64,000 nt of DNA from an uncultured Bacillaceae bacterium (GTDB taxonomy: Bacteria; Bacillota; Bacilli; Tepidibacillales; Tepidibacillaceae), in the NCBI GenBank assembly GCA_964514395.1, contig CAZEQK010000003.1:12344-76343 (forward strand), given 5' to 3'. The notes below the pieces were generated by a model. That model was not told the DNA's origin and made no database searches. It saw nothing but the letters and a program-made list of their open reading frames with translations. Made by a program: the position numbers and the translations under genes. Each line of letters begins with the position of its first letter. The stretch's first letter is position 1. This document shows positions 9,658-20,000 of the stretch, in pieces.

Positions 9658-9663
9658 ATACTT

Positions 9664-9739
<76 letters not shown>

Positions 9740-9754
9740 TCAGTCACGATAATT

Positions 9755-9784
9755 ATTATATTACTTAGGTGTATTAAATGTCAA
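9755..9784 (-). promoter_or_regulatory. Sigma-A promoter of the tRNA operon
   Basis: Minus strand reads TTGACA (9779-9784), an 18-nt spacer, then TATAAT (9755-9760), about 15 nt before the tRNA-fMet 5' end. Confidence 0.7.
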
Positions 9785-9817
9785 CAGCTAATTTATGCTT
9801 TTTATAATTAAATAGGT

Positions 9818-9843
9818 TAAGAAAGGCACCCAGAAAAGGTGCC
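9818..9843 (-). terminator. Hairpin after yabR (weak T-run)
   Basis: Minus strand reads GGCACC-TTTTCTG-GGTGCC-TTTCTT. Confidence 0.45.
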
Positions 9844-9859
9844 GACTAACTATTTATAT

Positions 9860-10267
9860 TTACCCGCGACGTGCGCCACGCCCCCCTCTTTTTGAGTCAG
9901 TATTCTTCCTTAATGATGAGAGACGTTCTTCACTATCTTTTAGGTATTTACTTAATTTGTCGTCAAAGCTCTCATTATTTCGCTTAAAATGTCGATCATT
10001 CCTTGGCTTACTTGGAACTTTCCGCTCTGGAGTTTCTACTGCTTTTTTAATTGAAAGTCCAATTTTCCCATCTTTTTCTACATTTATTACTTTAACTTTA
10101 ACTACATCATTTACTTTTAAAAATTCATTGACATCTTTCACGTAACTATCTGCAATTTCTGAGATATGAACTAGACCTGTTTCACCATTGGGCAGCTCAA
10201 TAAAAGCTCCAAAATGGGTTATACCTGTAACCTTTCCTTCTAATCTGCTGCCTATTTCAATTGACAT
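9860..10267 (-). CDS. yabR: S1 RNA-binding domain protein (YabR-like)
   Basis: S1 domain (GSRLEGKVTGITHFGAFIEL...GLVHISE) with a basic tail. Conserved position after divIC. Confidence 0.88.
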   Translation of the reverse strand: MSIEIGSRLEGKVTGITHFGAFIELPNGETGLVHISEIADSYVKDVNEFLKVNDVVKVKVINVEKDGKIGLSIKKAVETPERKVPSKPRNDRHFKRNNESFDDKLSKYLKDSEERLSSLRKNTDSKRGGRGARRG

Positions 10268-10358
10268 GTACTAAATGATCCTCCTTAAAAAATTTAAAAA
10301 ATAAACTAAAGAGATTATACATGAAGGGTTGAAACCATGTCAATAAACTCACCTCATA

Positions 10359-10661
10359 TTATTCCTTTGGTGAAATAAATATTATTTCTCCTGGCTTTGA
10401 TAAAAAATAATATTTCCTTGCTAATTCAGCAATATAATTATAGTCCTGAAGTAATAATACTTTTTTCTCCAAGTTTTCCCTAGTTTTTATTACGGTTTGC
10501 TCATTCTTTTCTAATTCCGTTACTTTGTTTTTTATTTTATCTATATTTAACCATTGCTGATAAATAATAATACTAGCCCATACCATAAACATAATTAATA
10601 AGATTAAAATATATTTAACTCTTTTTTTACTTGGATTATGGACTTTTTTATTAGTTTCCAC
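10359..10661 (-). CDS. divIC: Septum formation initiator DivIC/FtsB family
   Basis: 100 aa with one N-terminal TM then a coiled coil. Conserved yabP-yabQ-divIC order. Confidence 0.82.
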   Translation of the reverse strand: METNKKVHNPSKKRVKYILILLIMFMVWASIIIYQQWLNIDKIKNKVTELEKNEQTVIKTRENLEKKVLLLQDYNYIAELARKYYFLSKPGEIIFISPKE

Positions 10662-10679
10662 TTGTTAGTCACTCCATCA

Positions 10680-11249
10680 TTATTTTCTTCTAAATAGCTT
10701 CTTCAATCTATTAGAAAATCCTTCTTTTTTATGCAATTTATTCTTTATTTTTTTGCTGCTTTTTTTAGTTCTTACGATAATAGTACCAATTAGATAAGAA
10801 ATAATCTTTCTAAAAAATAAAAATATGGTGGTAAGAAGAGTAACAATGAAGATAACAATGGTGACAATGAAAAGATAAAGCGTCTTTACAGGCTTAATTA
10901 CTAAAAAATAAAATGTCTGTTTTAAAAATTTCAAAATTTGATTGATCACTTCAAATACAATGAACCAAACCTTTATAACCTTTACGCTAATAAAAAAATA
11001 ATACATCCATAATCCTATGAAGAGCCCAATGATTAAGTAAAAACGGAGTTGTCCATTATTGCTGCGCAATAATAATAAAAATGTGAAAATGCCAGCCATC
11101 AAACCAAATAAAACATCAATGATAAATATAAACCATTTCGAAAGCTTTAATTTCCTTTTTAAAACACGGTATCCATCAAAGAGTACACCTATGACATGAC
11201 TACTTAAAAGCATAAATAATAAAGAATAAATTTGCTGATGTAGTGTCAC
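10680..11249 (-). CDS. yabQ: Spore cortex biosynthesis membrane protein YabQ
   Basis: Multi-TM protein with a lysine-rich tail. Its start overlaps the yabP stop by 4 nt, as in Bacillus. Confidence 0.78.
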   Translation of the reverse strand: MTLHQQIYSLLFMLLSSHVIGVLFDGYRVLKRKLKLSKWFIFIIDVLFGLMAGIFTFLLLLRSNNGQLRFYLIIGLFIGLWMYYFFISVKVIKVWFIVFEVINQILKFLKQTFYFLVIKPVKTLYLFIVTIVIFIVTLLTTIFLFFRKIISYLIGTIIVRTKKSSKKIKNKLHKKEGFSNRLKKLFRRK

Positions 11250-11530
11250 TTAAAAAGCTTGCCAAAGAATCCTTTAGCCTTCTCCGTAGAATAACCTTCA
11301 TTTAAGTACCCCATATCATAAATAACTCCTTCTATTGTCACCATTCCTTGCTCTAAATTTAAGTTTTTTATATGGAGATTCTGCCCTCTGATGTTTAAAT
11401 ATCCAAATTCAGTACTTAGTAAGAATTCTTCACTATCAAAGCTTTCAACATCTTTTACACCTGAAATTTTTAGGTTTTCCCTATTTATTAGAACAATTTC
11501 ATGATTTGATTTAAGATTTCTATCATCCAT
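11246..11530 (-). CDS. yabP: Sporulation protein YabP
   Basis: 94 aa of YabP/YqfC type (ENLKISGVKDVESFD...LNIRGQNLHIKNL). Confidence 0.85.
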   Translation of the reverse strand: MDDRNLKSNHEIVLINRENLKISGVKDVESFDSEEFLLSTEFGYLNIRGQNLHIKNLNLEQGMVTIEGVIYDMGYLNEGYSTEKAKGFFGKLFK

Positions 11531-11584
11531 ATATTCCCCCTCCTTCTGCTACATCATATGGCTTGGCAGACATATTTAGAACAT

Positions 11585-11612
11585 AAAAAAAAGAAGGATT
11601 CCCCCTTCTTTT
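11585..11612 (-). terminator. Intrinsic terminator after yabO
   Basis: Minus strand reads AGAAGG-GGGAAT-CCTTCT followed by T8. Confidence 0.75.
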
Positions 11613-11623
11613 TCAAAATCAAT

Positions 11624-11893
11624 TTATTTATCTTCTTTAATCAATTCTCCCTCACTAACCACTTCAAACATTTCTTGTGCGTTCTCTTTTTTTGATGTCT
11701 CTTTAATATCTAATACTCTTACAATTAATTTTTTTTGCCCAAATTGAATACTTATTTCATCGTCAATTTTTACTGTAGAGCTTGCTTTAGCTACTTGTCC
11801 ATTTATTTGTACTCTTCCTTTATCTGTTACTTCTTTTGCAATCGTTCTTCTTTTAATAATTCTAGAAACCTTTAAAAATTTATCTAATCGCAT
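11624..11893 (-). CDS. yabO: S4-domain RNA-binding protein (YabO / RqcP, Hsp15-like)
   Basis: MRLDKFLKVSRIIKRRTIAKE is an S4 motif. 89 aa; overlaps the yabN stop. Confidence 0.88.
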   Translation of the reverse strand: MRLDKFLKVSRIIKRRTIAKEVTDKGRVQINGQVAKASSTVKIDDEISIQFGQKKLIVRVLDIKETSKKENAQEMFEVVSEGELIKEDK

Positions 11894-13377
11894 ACTTTTT
11901 CCCCTTTTACACTTTTTTCTTTCTTTTTCGCGTCATCCCAATAGGATTCCATCTGTTCTAGTGTAGCACTCGTAATTGGGATATTTTTTTCCTTTAGCAT
12001 TTCTTCAATATAGTGAAATCTTTTCATGAATTTACTGTTCGTTTTTGCTAATGCCTCTTCTGGATCCAATTGCAAAAAGCGTGCTAAATTAATAACAGAA
12101 AATAATAAATCTCCAAGTTCGACTAATTTTTCATCCTCATTTGCTTGTTTTAATTCGTTTATTTCTTCCTCTATTTTATCATACACATCTTCTATGTTTA
12201 TCCAATCAAAGTTCACGTCAGCAGCTTTTTTTTGTATTTTATAAGCCTTTAAAACAGCTGGTAGGTCCTTTGGTATTCCATCTAATACCGATAATCGTTC
12301 TTCCCCTGTCATCTCTTTTTCCTTTTGTTTTACTTCATTCCAGTGGGTCAGTGCATCCTCCACTTCCTTTGCCTTTTTATCTCCAAAAACATGGGGATGT
12401 CTCCTAATTAACTTTTTATTAATATGTTCAATGACATCATAAATATTAAAATAACCATCCTCTTCGGCAATACGTGAATGAAGTAAAACCTGTAGGAGTA
12501 CATCTCCAAGCTCCTCTTCCATGAGGTTAACATCAGATTCATCAATCGCCTCGACTAATTCATAGGTTTCTTCGATTAAATGTTTGCGAATAGATTGATG
12601 CGTTTGAACTCTGTCCCACGGACAGCCCTCTGGACTCCTTAGTATTTCCACAATCTCGATTAGCTTTGAACATTGATTTAGTCTCAGCTTCTCTTCGTCA
12701 CTTTTTGGAACAAACACGGAGCTTAAGTGATGAAACATTTCCGCATGATGATCTAATTCAAATAAACAAGTCTTGATTATTTTTTCTTCTTCATCAATAC
12801 CTAAATTAGATACAATCCAAACCACGTAGTCATCTGGATATAACTCCATTAATGTTAATTTAAGATCCGATGCAATAAAACGATTGTATACCTGCCCTAT
12901 AATAATATTCTTTGTAGTATTTAAATCCGATCTTAATACTGTTTCTCCATTAAAAAATAAAAAGCCTTCTATGGGGTCAATATGAAGCTTAGAAAAAAAA
13001 GTGTCGATAAAGCTTTCTCCACCAAATATCTCAATAACGATATTATTTTCTTTTCCTTTTTCTAGAATATATTTTACGCTTTTCTCTGCGACCATTGGGT
13101 GACCAGGTACACCATAAACCAAGTCTTTCCCCTTTTTTGCTTCATCGATTAACAAGGATGTGATTTCTTGATATACATCATCATATTTGGTCATTGAGTC
13201 ATATAAATAATCAAAGGTAATAAATTGTAGCTTTTCTTTTTTTAAGAATTCTACAACTGGATGAATCTCTGTCCGAAAATAGACGTGTTCACTATTTGTT
13301 AGAATTTTATAGGCCCCTAAAGATAAATGTTCTTCATTACTTGAACCCAGACCAATAACCGTTATTTTACCATTCAT
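11884..13377 (-). CDS. yabN: Tetrapyrrole-methylase-domain / MazG nucleoside triphosphate pyrophosphohydrolase fusion (YabN-like)
   Basis: The N-terminal TP-methylase-like half is followed by tandem MazG repeats (EETYELVEAIDE, EELGDVLLQV, ELGDLLFSV). Confidence 0.88.
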   Translation of the reverse strand: MNGKITVIGLGSSNEEHLSLGAYKILTNSEHVYFRTEIHPVVEFLKKEKLQFITFDYLYDSMTKYDDVYQEITSLLIDEAKKGKDLVYGVPGHPMVAEKSVKYILEKGKENNIVIEIFGGESFIDTFFSKLHIDPIEGFLFFNGETVLRSDLNTTKNIIIGQVYNRFIASDLKLTLMELYPDDYVVWIVSNLGIDEEEKIIKTCLFELDHHAEMFHHLSSVFVPKSDEEKLRLNQCSKLIEIVEILRSPEGCPWDRVQTHQSIRKHLIEETYELVEAIDESDVNLMEEELGDVLLQVLLHSRIAEEDGYFNIYDVIEHINKKLIRRHPHVFGDKKAKEVEDALTHWNEVKQKEKEMTGEERLSVLDGIPKDLPAVLKAYKIQKKAADVNFDWINIEDVYDKIEEEINELKQANEDEKLVELGDLLFSVINLARFLQLDPEEALAKTNSKFMKRFHYIEEMLKEKNIPITSATLEQMESYWDDAKKKEKSVKGEKVCD

Positions 13378-13387
13378 GCCTGTCTCC

Positions 13388-15073
13388 TTAATCCTTTAAT
13401 ATTCTCAATCTATTTGCAATTACGATTAATTTATTACCGTATCTAGGGATACGTTCTAAATCATTTCGAGTTAATGACCCTGACATAAATAGGCTAAAAC
13501 CAAAAGTTATAACTCCAAAAAAAACTGATATTAAAGTAGTTGTTGTATTTAATAATCGTTCAGAGGTGAAAATAGGACTGAAGCCTGATAGAACTAATAT
13601 TTTTGTTACATAAACAACTAATGCCATGATCATCGTAGCAATGAATGGCTTTAAGAAAAAATTTGTAAATTTAATTTTTAAACCAATCATCTTATTTATA
13701 TCAATAAAATTTAGAATCATAACAATGGTATAGGTCAATACAGTTGAAATTGCAGCTCCTTTCGCATGAAAGGAATATACTAGTACAATATTTAATAGTA
13801 TTTTTGTGATAATCCCAATTAATAGATTTCTAGCTGGTATTTTAGCTCTACCAATCCCTTGTAGAATACCTGAAGAGGTAACAAATAGAGTTGATACAAT
13901 CGTTGTAAAGCCAAGTATTGCTATGATGATTGATCCCGTTCCATTTTTATATAACATAATATTGATGGGTTCTGCAAGAATCGCTAATCCTACAGATGCA
14001 GGCAATCCCACTAACAATGTAAGCCTAAGTGCAAAACTAGATCTTCTAGCAACTAAATTCATATTACCCTTCGCATATGCCTCAGAAATAGCAGGTACTA
14101 ATGCCAAAAATAGGGCTGTCGCAAAAAAAGCAGAAAATTGTACCAATGGTTGCCCCCTAGTATATATACCATACCAATATTCAGCATATTGAGTTAAGTT
14201 TTGTTGTTTAAAGTATGTACCAAATATCTGTGCGCTATGAATTATGCGGTAACTGATGATATTGGAAACTGAAAACGAATCTACAAGGCCACCAACTCCA
14301 ACAGTAGGGAGAGCTAGAGCACTTATAGCAATAGGTATTGAATAATATACAATTTGCTTGATTACAATCGTTGTTTTTTCTCTTACGTAGCTATTTGTAT
14401 GTAGATCTTCAAGTATTTCATTTTCTGTGTGTACAACCTTTTTCCAAAAGAATAAAAGAGCAATAAATGCAAATATCGCACCAGTGGTAGCTCCTAACAC
14501 TGCTCCTGCTCCTGCATAGTAAACTCCATATCCATTTGTCATAAATAGATAAGACAACGTTAATATCGTAATTACTCTTATGATTTGTTCAATGATTTGA
14601 GAATATGCAGTTGGAGTCATATATTGATGTCCTTGGTAATATCCTCTTAATGCTGCCATAACAGGTACGATCAATAAAGCAAAAGAGACACTCTTTATTG
14701 CTATGGTTAATTCAATATTACCCATTAAAGTTGCAATAAAACTAGCACCAAAAAAGAGGATGAGAAAAAATATAAATCCAGTAAATGAAAGGATGTAGGC
14801 TGAAATCTTAAAAATTCGTTTCGCCCCATTTATATCGCCCAATGCTAAACGTTCAGAAACGAATTTTGATATAGCGATAGGAAATCCTGCTGCCGCCAAA
14901 ATCAATAATGTACTGTATAGTGGGTATACCTTATTATAAATCCCTAAACCAACATCACCAGTTATATTCTGATAAGGAACTCTATACACCGCACCGAGAA
15001 GCTTCGTTACAAATGCAGAAAATCCTAAAATAGCAGTACCTGTTACCAATGACTGCTTTGTCTTATTTCTCAT
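13388..15073 (-). CDS. yabM: MOP/MurJ-SpoVB superfamily polysaccharide or lipid-II flippase-like protein (YabM-like)
   Basis: 561 aa with about 14 TM segments. Conserved position between spoVT and yabN. Confidence 0.8.
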   Translation of the reverse strand: MRNKTKQSLVTGTAILGFSAFVTKLLGAVYRVPYQNITGDVGLGIYNKVYPLYSTLLILAAAGFPIAISKFVSERLALGDINGAKRIFKISAYILSFTGFIFFLILFFGASFIATLMGNIELTIAIKSVSFALLIVPVMAALRGYYQGHQYMTPTAYSQIIEQIIRVITILTLSYLFMTNGYGVYYAGAGAVLGATTGAIFAFIALLFFWKKVVHTENEILEDLHTNSYVREKTTIVIKQIVYYSIPIAISALALPTVGVGGLVDSFSVSNIISYRIIHSAQIFGTYFKQQNLTQYAEYWYGIYTRGQPLVQFSAFFATALFLALVPAISEAYAKGNMNLVARRSSFALRLTLLVGLPASVGLAILAEPINIMLYKNGTGSIIIAILGFTTIVSTLFVTSSGILQGIGRAKIPARNLLIGIITKILLNIVLVYSFHAKGAAISTVLTYTIVMILNFIDINKMIGLKIKFTNFFLKPFIATMIMALVVYVTKILVLSGFSPIFTSERLLNTTTTLISVFFGVITFGFSLFMSGSLTRNDLERIPRYGNKLIVIANRLRILKD

Positions 15074-15181
15074 AAAAACTCCTCTCCTCTAATCCAACAC
15101 ACTATGATGATCACAATGTTTTTTATATGATATAAACAAGCTGTTGATTATAAGCTAAAAGAAGCAAGCGAAGCCTGCTTC

Positions 15182-15721
15182 TTATTGTTCCATTTGTTTA
15201 GCTAAGAATGATGCAGCAGTTTCCACCATTTTTTGTTCTAAGTTAGACATTTTGTTATTTTCCTTACTAATAAACATGACCGTTCCTATTGGATCTCCAC
15301 CAGCTATTATTGGGGCAATAACAAAGGAAGAGAATTTTTCGATGCTGTCCTTGATAAGGCTAACTTGACCTTGATTATTTTCAACAATTGTTTTTCTATT
15401 TTCCATACTTTGTTCCACAATATCACTAATTTGTTTTTCCATGAAATCTTTCTTACTTGTTCCTGCAACTGCAATAATTGTATCTCTGTCAGAAATTAAG
15501 GTAATGTGATTTAAATTTTCATATAATGATTCAGCGAATTCTTTTGCAAAATCCCCTAATTCCCCGATTGGCGAATATTTCTTAAGTATGACTTCCCCAT
15601 CTCTGTCAACAAAAATTTCTAGTGGATCTCCTTCTCTAATTCTCAAGGTCCTTCTAATTTCTTTTGGTATGACTACCCTTCCTAAATCATCGATCCGACG
15701 AACTATACCTGTTGCTTTCAT
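15182..15721 (-). CDS. spoVT: Stage V sporulation regulator SpoVT (AbrB-type N-domain plus GAF-like C-domain)
   Basis: MKATGIVRRIDDLGRVVIPKEIRRTLRIREGDPLEIF swapped-hairpin domain, 179 aa. Confidence 0.93.
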   Translation of the reverse strand: MKATGIVRRIDDLGRVVIPKEIRRTLRIREGDPLEIFVDRDGEVILKKYSPIGELGDFAKEFAESLYENLNHITLISDRDTIIAVAGTSKKDFMEKQISDIVEQSMENRKTIVENNQGQVSLIKDSIEKFSSFVIAPIIAGGDPIGTVMFISKENNKMSNLEQKMVETAASFLAKQMEQ

Positions 15722-15924
15722 GTTCTTGATGCCTCACTTTCTTGTATATAATAATTTTCAATTAAAACCAGATGTAAGCATTTTTTTTTTTTAATTATTT
15801 CTTCATATTCATCACTTTTTACATCCATAGTATTCTTCCATTGCCAAATTATTATTCAAGAAAGGTTCGTACTTTTCAATTTAAATTCAAATAAAGAATT
15901 TCTATTTTATCTTCGGTTTCAACA

Positions 15925-16076
15925 AGACTTCCTCCTTCAACACCGGAAGGGGGAGTTGTTTCAATTCTCGAAATAAGGGTGGCATAGCACGACTTAATGC
16001 TTTAGCATTTAGTGTGACTTGTGCCCTATGGGTGCTAAGGTTCAGGTGGAGATAAAAGACTCCATCTCAAGTCTAC
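15925..16076 (-). ncRNA. Candidate structured RNA / structured 5' leader between the prsA-like gene and spoVT (unclassified)
   Basis: The block is visibly richer in G/C than the AT-rich flanks. It has stops in all frames and nested hairpins: cttcc/ggaag at 15928-15949, tagcac/gtgcta at 15985-16037 enclosing aatgc/gcatt at 15996-16009, and ggag/ctcc at 16048-16063. The strand is assumed from the flanking genes. Confidence 0.35.
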
Positions 16077-16994
16077 TTATTCACCTAAATTTACACTTTT
16101 AATAACGGATGGTAAGTCATTTGTTAAGAAATTATTGTACTCTTGACTAAAAATACTATTCTTTTGCTCATCAGTAACCTCATCAAGCTTTGGAATTGTA
16201 CGATCAAGTACTTTAATAATATGATATCCATAATCAGTCTTAACTAATCCACTAAGCTCATTAATAGGTAGTGTTAATGCTGCATTTTTAAATTCAGGTA
16301 CCCAACTTAATACAGGTGTATCCTTATAAACACCTCCATTATCTTTACTACCTGGGTCATCTGAGTACTCTTTAGCTAATGCTGCAAAATCTCCACCAGC
16401 CTTTAGCTTTGCTAATACTTCTTCCGCTCGCTTCTTTGCAGCCTCATCTGTTCTATTATCATCCACGATTATTAGAATGTGGCTAACTGTAGCAATCGTA
16501 AATTCTTCTTTGTTCTTTTTATATGCCTTTTCTACAAGGTAATCCTGGACTGCATAAACTCTTCTAATATAATTAAATAAGTCTTTTTCCGTAATATTGC
16601 TATCTTTTAGCATACTAATATATTTTTCTTCTGAACCTAATTGTTGTACCCATTGTTGTTTAAAGGTTGCTATTAAGTTGTTTACATCGTTATCATACGT
16701 TGTAATATCAGCAGTGTTTTTGCTAGATAAATATTCTTCAGCAATTAACTGATCTAATAGTTGCTTTTTTAAATCCTGATTTGTGATTTGATCTTTTAAA
16801 TTCGGATTAAAAAATTCTCTAATAGAGAGATATAAATCAAACTCAGTTTGGGTTACTTGACCACCTGTATATTCTGCTATCACATTTTTTGTTTCTGTTC
16901 CCTGCTGTCCTTTGCTATTACCACAACCTGAGATGCTAATAATGAATGTTATTACTAATAAACCAATCAATAATGTTTTTGTGAATTTTTTCAC
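16077..16994 (-). CDS. PrsA-like lipoprotein peptidyl-prolyl isomerase (parvulin type)
   Basis: Signal peptide with lipobox ISG-C. Parvulin domain (SHILI...GGDFAALAKEYSDDPGSKDNGG...TDYGYHIIKV). Confidence 0.85.
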   Translation of the reverse strand: MKKFTKTLLIGLLVITFIISISGCGNSKGQQGTETKNVIAEYTGGQVTQTEFDLYLSIREFFNPNLKDQITNQDLKKQLLDQLIAEEYLSSKNTADITTYDNDVNNLIATFKQQWVQQLGSEEKYISMLKDSNITEKDLFNYIRRVYAVQDYLVEKAYKKNKEEFTIATVSHILIIVDDNRTDEAAKKRAEEVLAKLKAGGDFAALAKEYSDDPGSKDNGGVYKDTPVLSWVPEFKNAALTLPINELSGLVKTDYGYHIIKVLDRTIPKLDEVTDEQKNSIFSQEYNNFLTNDLPSVIKSVNLGE

Positions 16995-17011
16995 TTTGTT
17001 TAATCCCCTTC

Positions 17012-20000
17012 CTATTTCACTGCTTCTTGGTATTTGTTAAGAAAATCTAGTAGTAACTTAAGTATTTCTTTTGTAGATAATCCTTTAATAGCTACTTTGA
17101 TTCCTATTTGATGACCTGATGATAATTTTATTTTATGATTAAATTCATTGGCAATCTTAAATAGTTTAAAGCCATCCACGAGTTGATTTTGCTCTGGCCT
17201 TACTTTTATAAGTATTTCATTCCCTTTTTGAGATATACTTACCATTTGGTATTTGTAGGCATATGCTTTTATTTTAGTAATATTTATTAAATTTTCCACT
17301 GGATTGGGTGTATCACCAAATCTGTCAATTAATTCTTCAACCGTTTGTTCAACCTCCTCCATTGTTTTGATATTAGCAAATTTTTTATACATTTCTATTT
17401 TTTGCATAGAATCATCAATGTATTCGGTAGGTAAATAGGCATCTACTTCTAGCTCAATCTGTGGCTCAACATTTACTTCTTCTATCTTTTCACCTTTAAG
17501 CTCGTTGATTGCATCCTTTAGCATATTCGTGTATAAATCAAATCCGACAGAAGCGATGAAGCCATGCTGCTCCGCCCCTAACAAATTACCTGCCCCTCTT
17601 ATGGCTAAATCTCTCATAGCAATTTTAAAGCCTGAGCCTAGCTCAGTAAATTCTTTAATCGACTGTAATCTTTTTTCAGCAACTTCAGATAGCACTTTGT
17701 CTCGCTGATAGGTGAAATATGCATAGGCTATTCTATTAGATCTCCCTACCCTACCTCTCAATTGATAGAGTTGAGATAATCCCATCTTATCAGCATTATA
17801 GATGATAAGCGTGTTAACATTTGGTATATCAACCCCAGTCTCGATAATGGTAGTACTTACTAAAACATCATAATTCCCTTCCAAAAAGTCTAACATGACA
17901 TTTTCTAATTCTGATTCAGACATTTGCCCATGGGCAACCGCTACTCGTGCCTCTGGTACCAAAGATTTTATTTGATCTGCCATTGTCTGTATAGATTTCA
18001 CTTGGTTATATAAAAAGTATACTTGTCCTCCCCTTGCTAGTTCTCTTTCTATTGACTCACGAACTAAAGCTCCACTATATTCTACAACATATGTTTGAAC
18101 AGGGAAACGATTTTCAGGAGGTGTTTCTATAATAGATAAATCCCTAACACCAAGCATGGACATGTGTAGCGTCCTAGGAATTGGTGTGGCTGTTAATGTT
18201 AGAACATCTACATTTGCTTTGATCTCCTTTAATTTTTCCTTATGCCTTACGCCAAAGCGTTGTTCTTCATCTACTATCAATAGACCAAGGTCTTTATAAA
18301 TGACATCCTTAGATAGAAGTCTATGTGTTCCGATAATGATATCCACTGTTCCATCCTCTATGCCCTTTATCACACTTTTTTGTTCTTTTCTTGATCTAAA
18401 ACGACTCAACACTTCAATTTTTATTGGATAATCCATAAATCTTTCTTTAAATGTTTCGAAATGCTGTTGAGCTAATATCGTTGTAGGAACTAGTACTGCA
18501 ACCTGTTTCCCAGACATAGCTGATTTAAATGCTGCTCTGAGTGCCACTTCTGTTTTGCCATAGCCAACATCACCACATAGCAAACGATCCATCGGTTTCT
18601 CTTTTTCCATATCTCTTTTTATTTCTTCGATTGTTCTTATCTGGTCAAGTGTTTCATCATAAGGAAAAAGAGAAGAAAATTCTTTATCAAATTCATTCTC
18701 TAATGGAAAAGCATAACCTTTAGCAGCTTCTCTTTTTGCATATATTTTTATTAAATCCTGAGCAATATCACGGACAGAGGATTTTACTTTATTTTTTACT
18801 TTATTCCACTCATTACCACCTAAAGAATATAATTTCGGCTCCTTATCCTCGCCACCTAAATATTTTTGCACTAAATCTATTTGATCGATCGGAACATATA
18901 GTTTATCATTCCCAGAATATTTTATATGGAGATAATCCTTATGGATTCCATTGATCTCTAATGTTTGGATTCCAACATACTTACCTATTCCATGATTAAC
19001 ATGAACGACTAAGTCCCCTAATTTCAAATCTGTATAACTCTTGATTCGTTCTGCATTTGATTGCTGTGTTACTTTCCTTACTTTTCTTTGCTTTTTTGAA
19101 AAAACTTCACCTTCAGTAATAATAGCAACATGGATACTTAACATCTCGAAACCAGATTGTAGATTCCCCAATATAATAATTGGCCTACTTGTTAGCTTTG
19201 ATATTTCTTCATTGACAAAATCAACTTCCATCCCATAGTCAAATAAAATTCGTTGAAGTCTTTTTCCTCTATCTTTATCCGCTGCTAAAAAAACAACATT
19301 TGTATGTGTTTTCATCCATCGGTCAATTTCAGTTTTTAATAAATTCATTTGACCATGAAAATTCTGCATATTACGAGTCACAAAATTGATGATGTTTGCT
19401 GGAGAGGCATGTGGTATTTGTTTTAAGAACAATGATAAATATACAATTTGATATTGTATAGACGTAAAAAGCTCATGATATGTTTTATAGACTTTTAAAT
19501 TTGGTAAATATTCACCATGCTCTAACAAGGCTGTTTGCCACTCATTCATCTCTTTTTCTGATTGTTTAGCTGCCTCAGTAATACGATTTGCCTCTTCAAA
19601 GACGATAATACTATGATGATTTAGATAATCTAGGATCGTACTATTACTTGAATATAAGATTGAAACATATTTATAGATTCCATTAAAGTAATTTTGTTGC
19701 TTTAGTTGCTCTATTTCCCATGAAATATTCGTCGTTAGTTTTTCTTTTATACTACTATCTTTTATCTTTGAAAGCTGTTCTCCTAAATATTTTTCGGCTA
19801 TCACAGCTGCCTTGAGGAATTGTTCTTGACTCACAATCCACTCTCTTGCAGGAGTAATATCAATAGCTTCAAGTTTTGTAATAGATCTTTGATTACTTAC
19901 ATCAAAAGTGCGAATAGAATCTATTTCAATATCAAACAACTCAATCCTAATAGGGTTTTCTATAGTGTGAGGAAAAATATCAATAATTCCTCCTCTTATA

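Noticed and set aside
9418-9663. Possible mini-CRISPR array, given 28-nt perfect repeats separated by about 45 nt
   Set aside because: There are only two copies and other repeat families are interleaved in the would-be spacers. The unit shares its end with the neighbouring tRNA, it sits inside a tRNA operon, and there are no cas genes in the window.
15985-16110. Partial resemblance of the minus-strand sequence (TTGAGA ... ACCTGAACC ... CATAGGG) to a TPP riboswitch core
   Set aside because: The GGGGTGC P2 strand and the inner P4/P5 helix are missing, and the 5' part would lie inside the upstream coding region. A thiamine switch before spoVT also makes no biological sense. GGTGCTAA on the other strand likewise lacks the rest of a SAM-I core.
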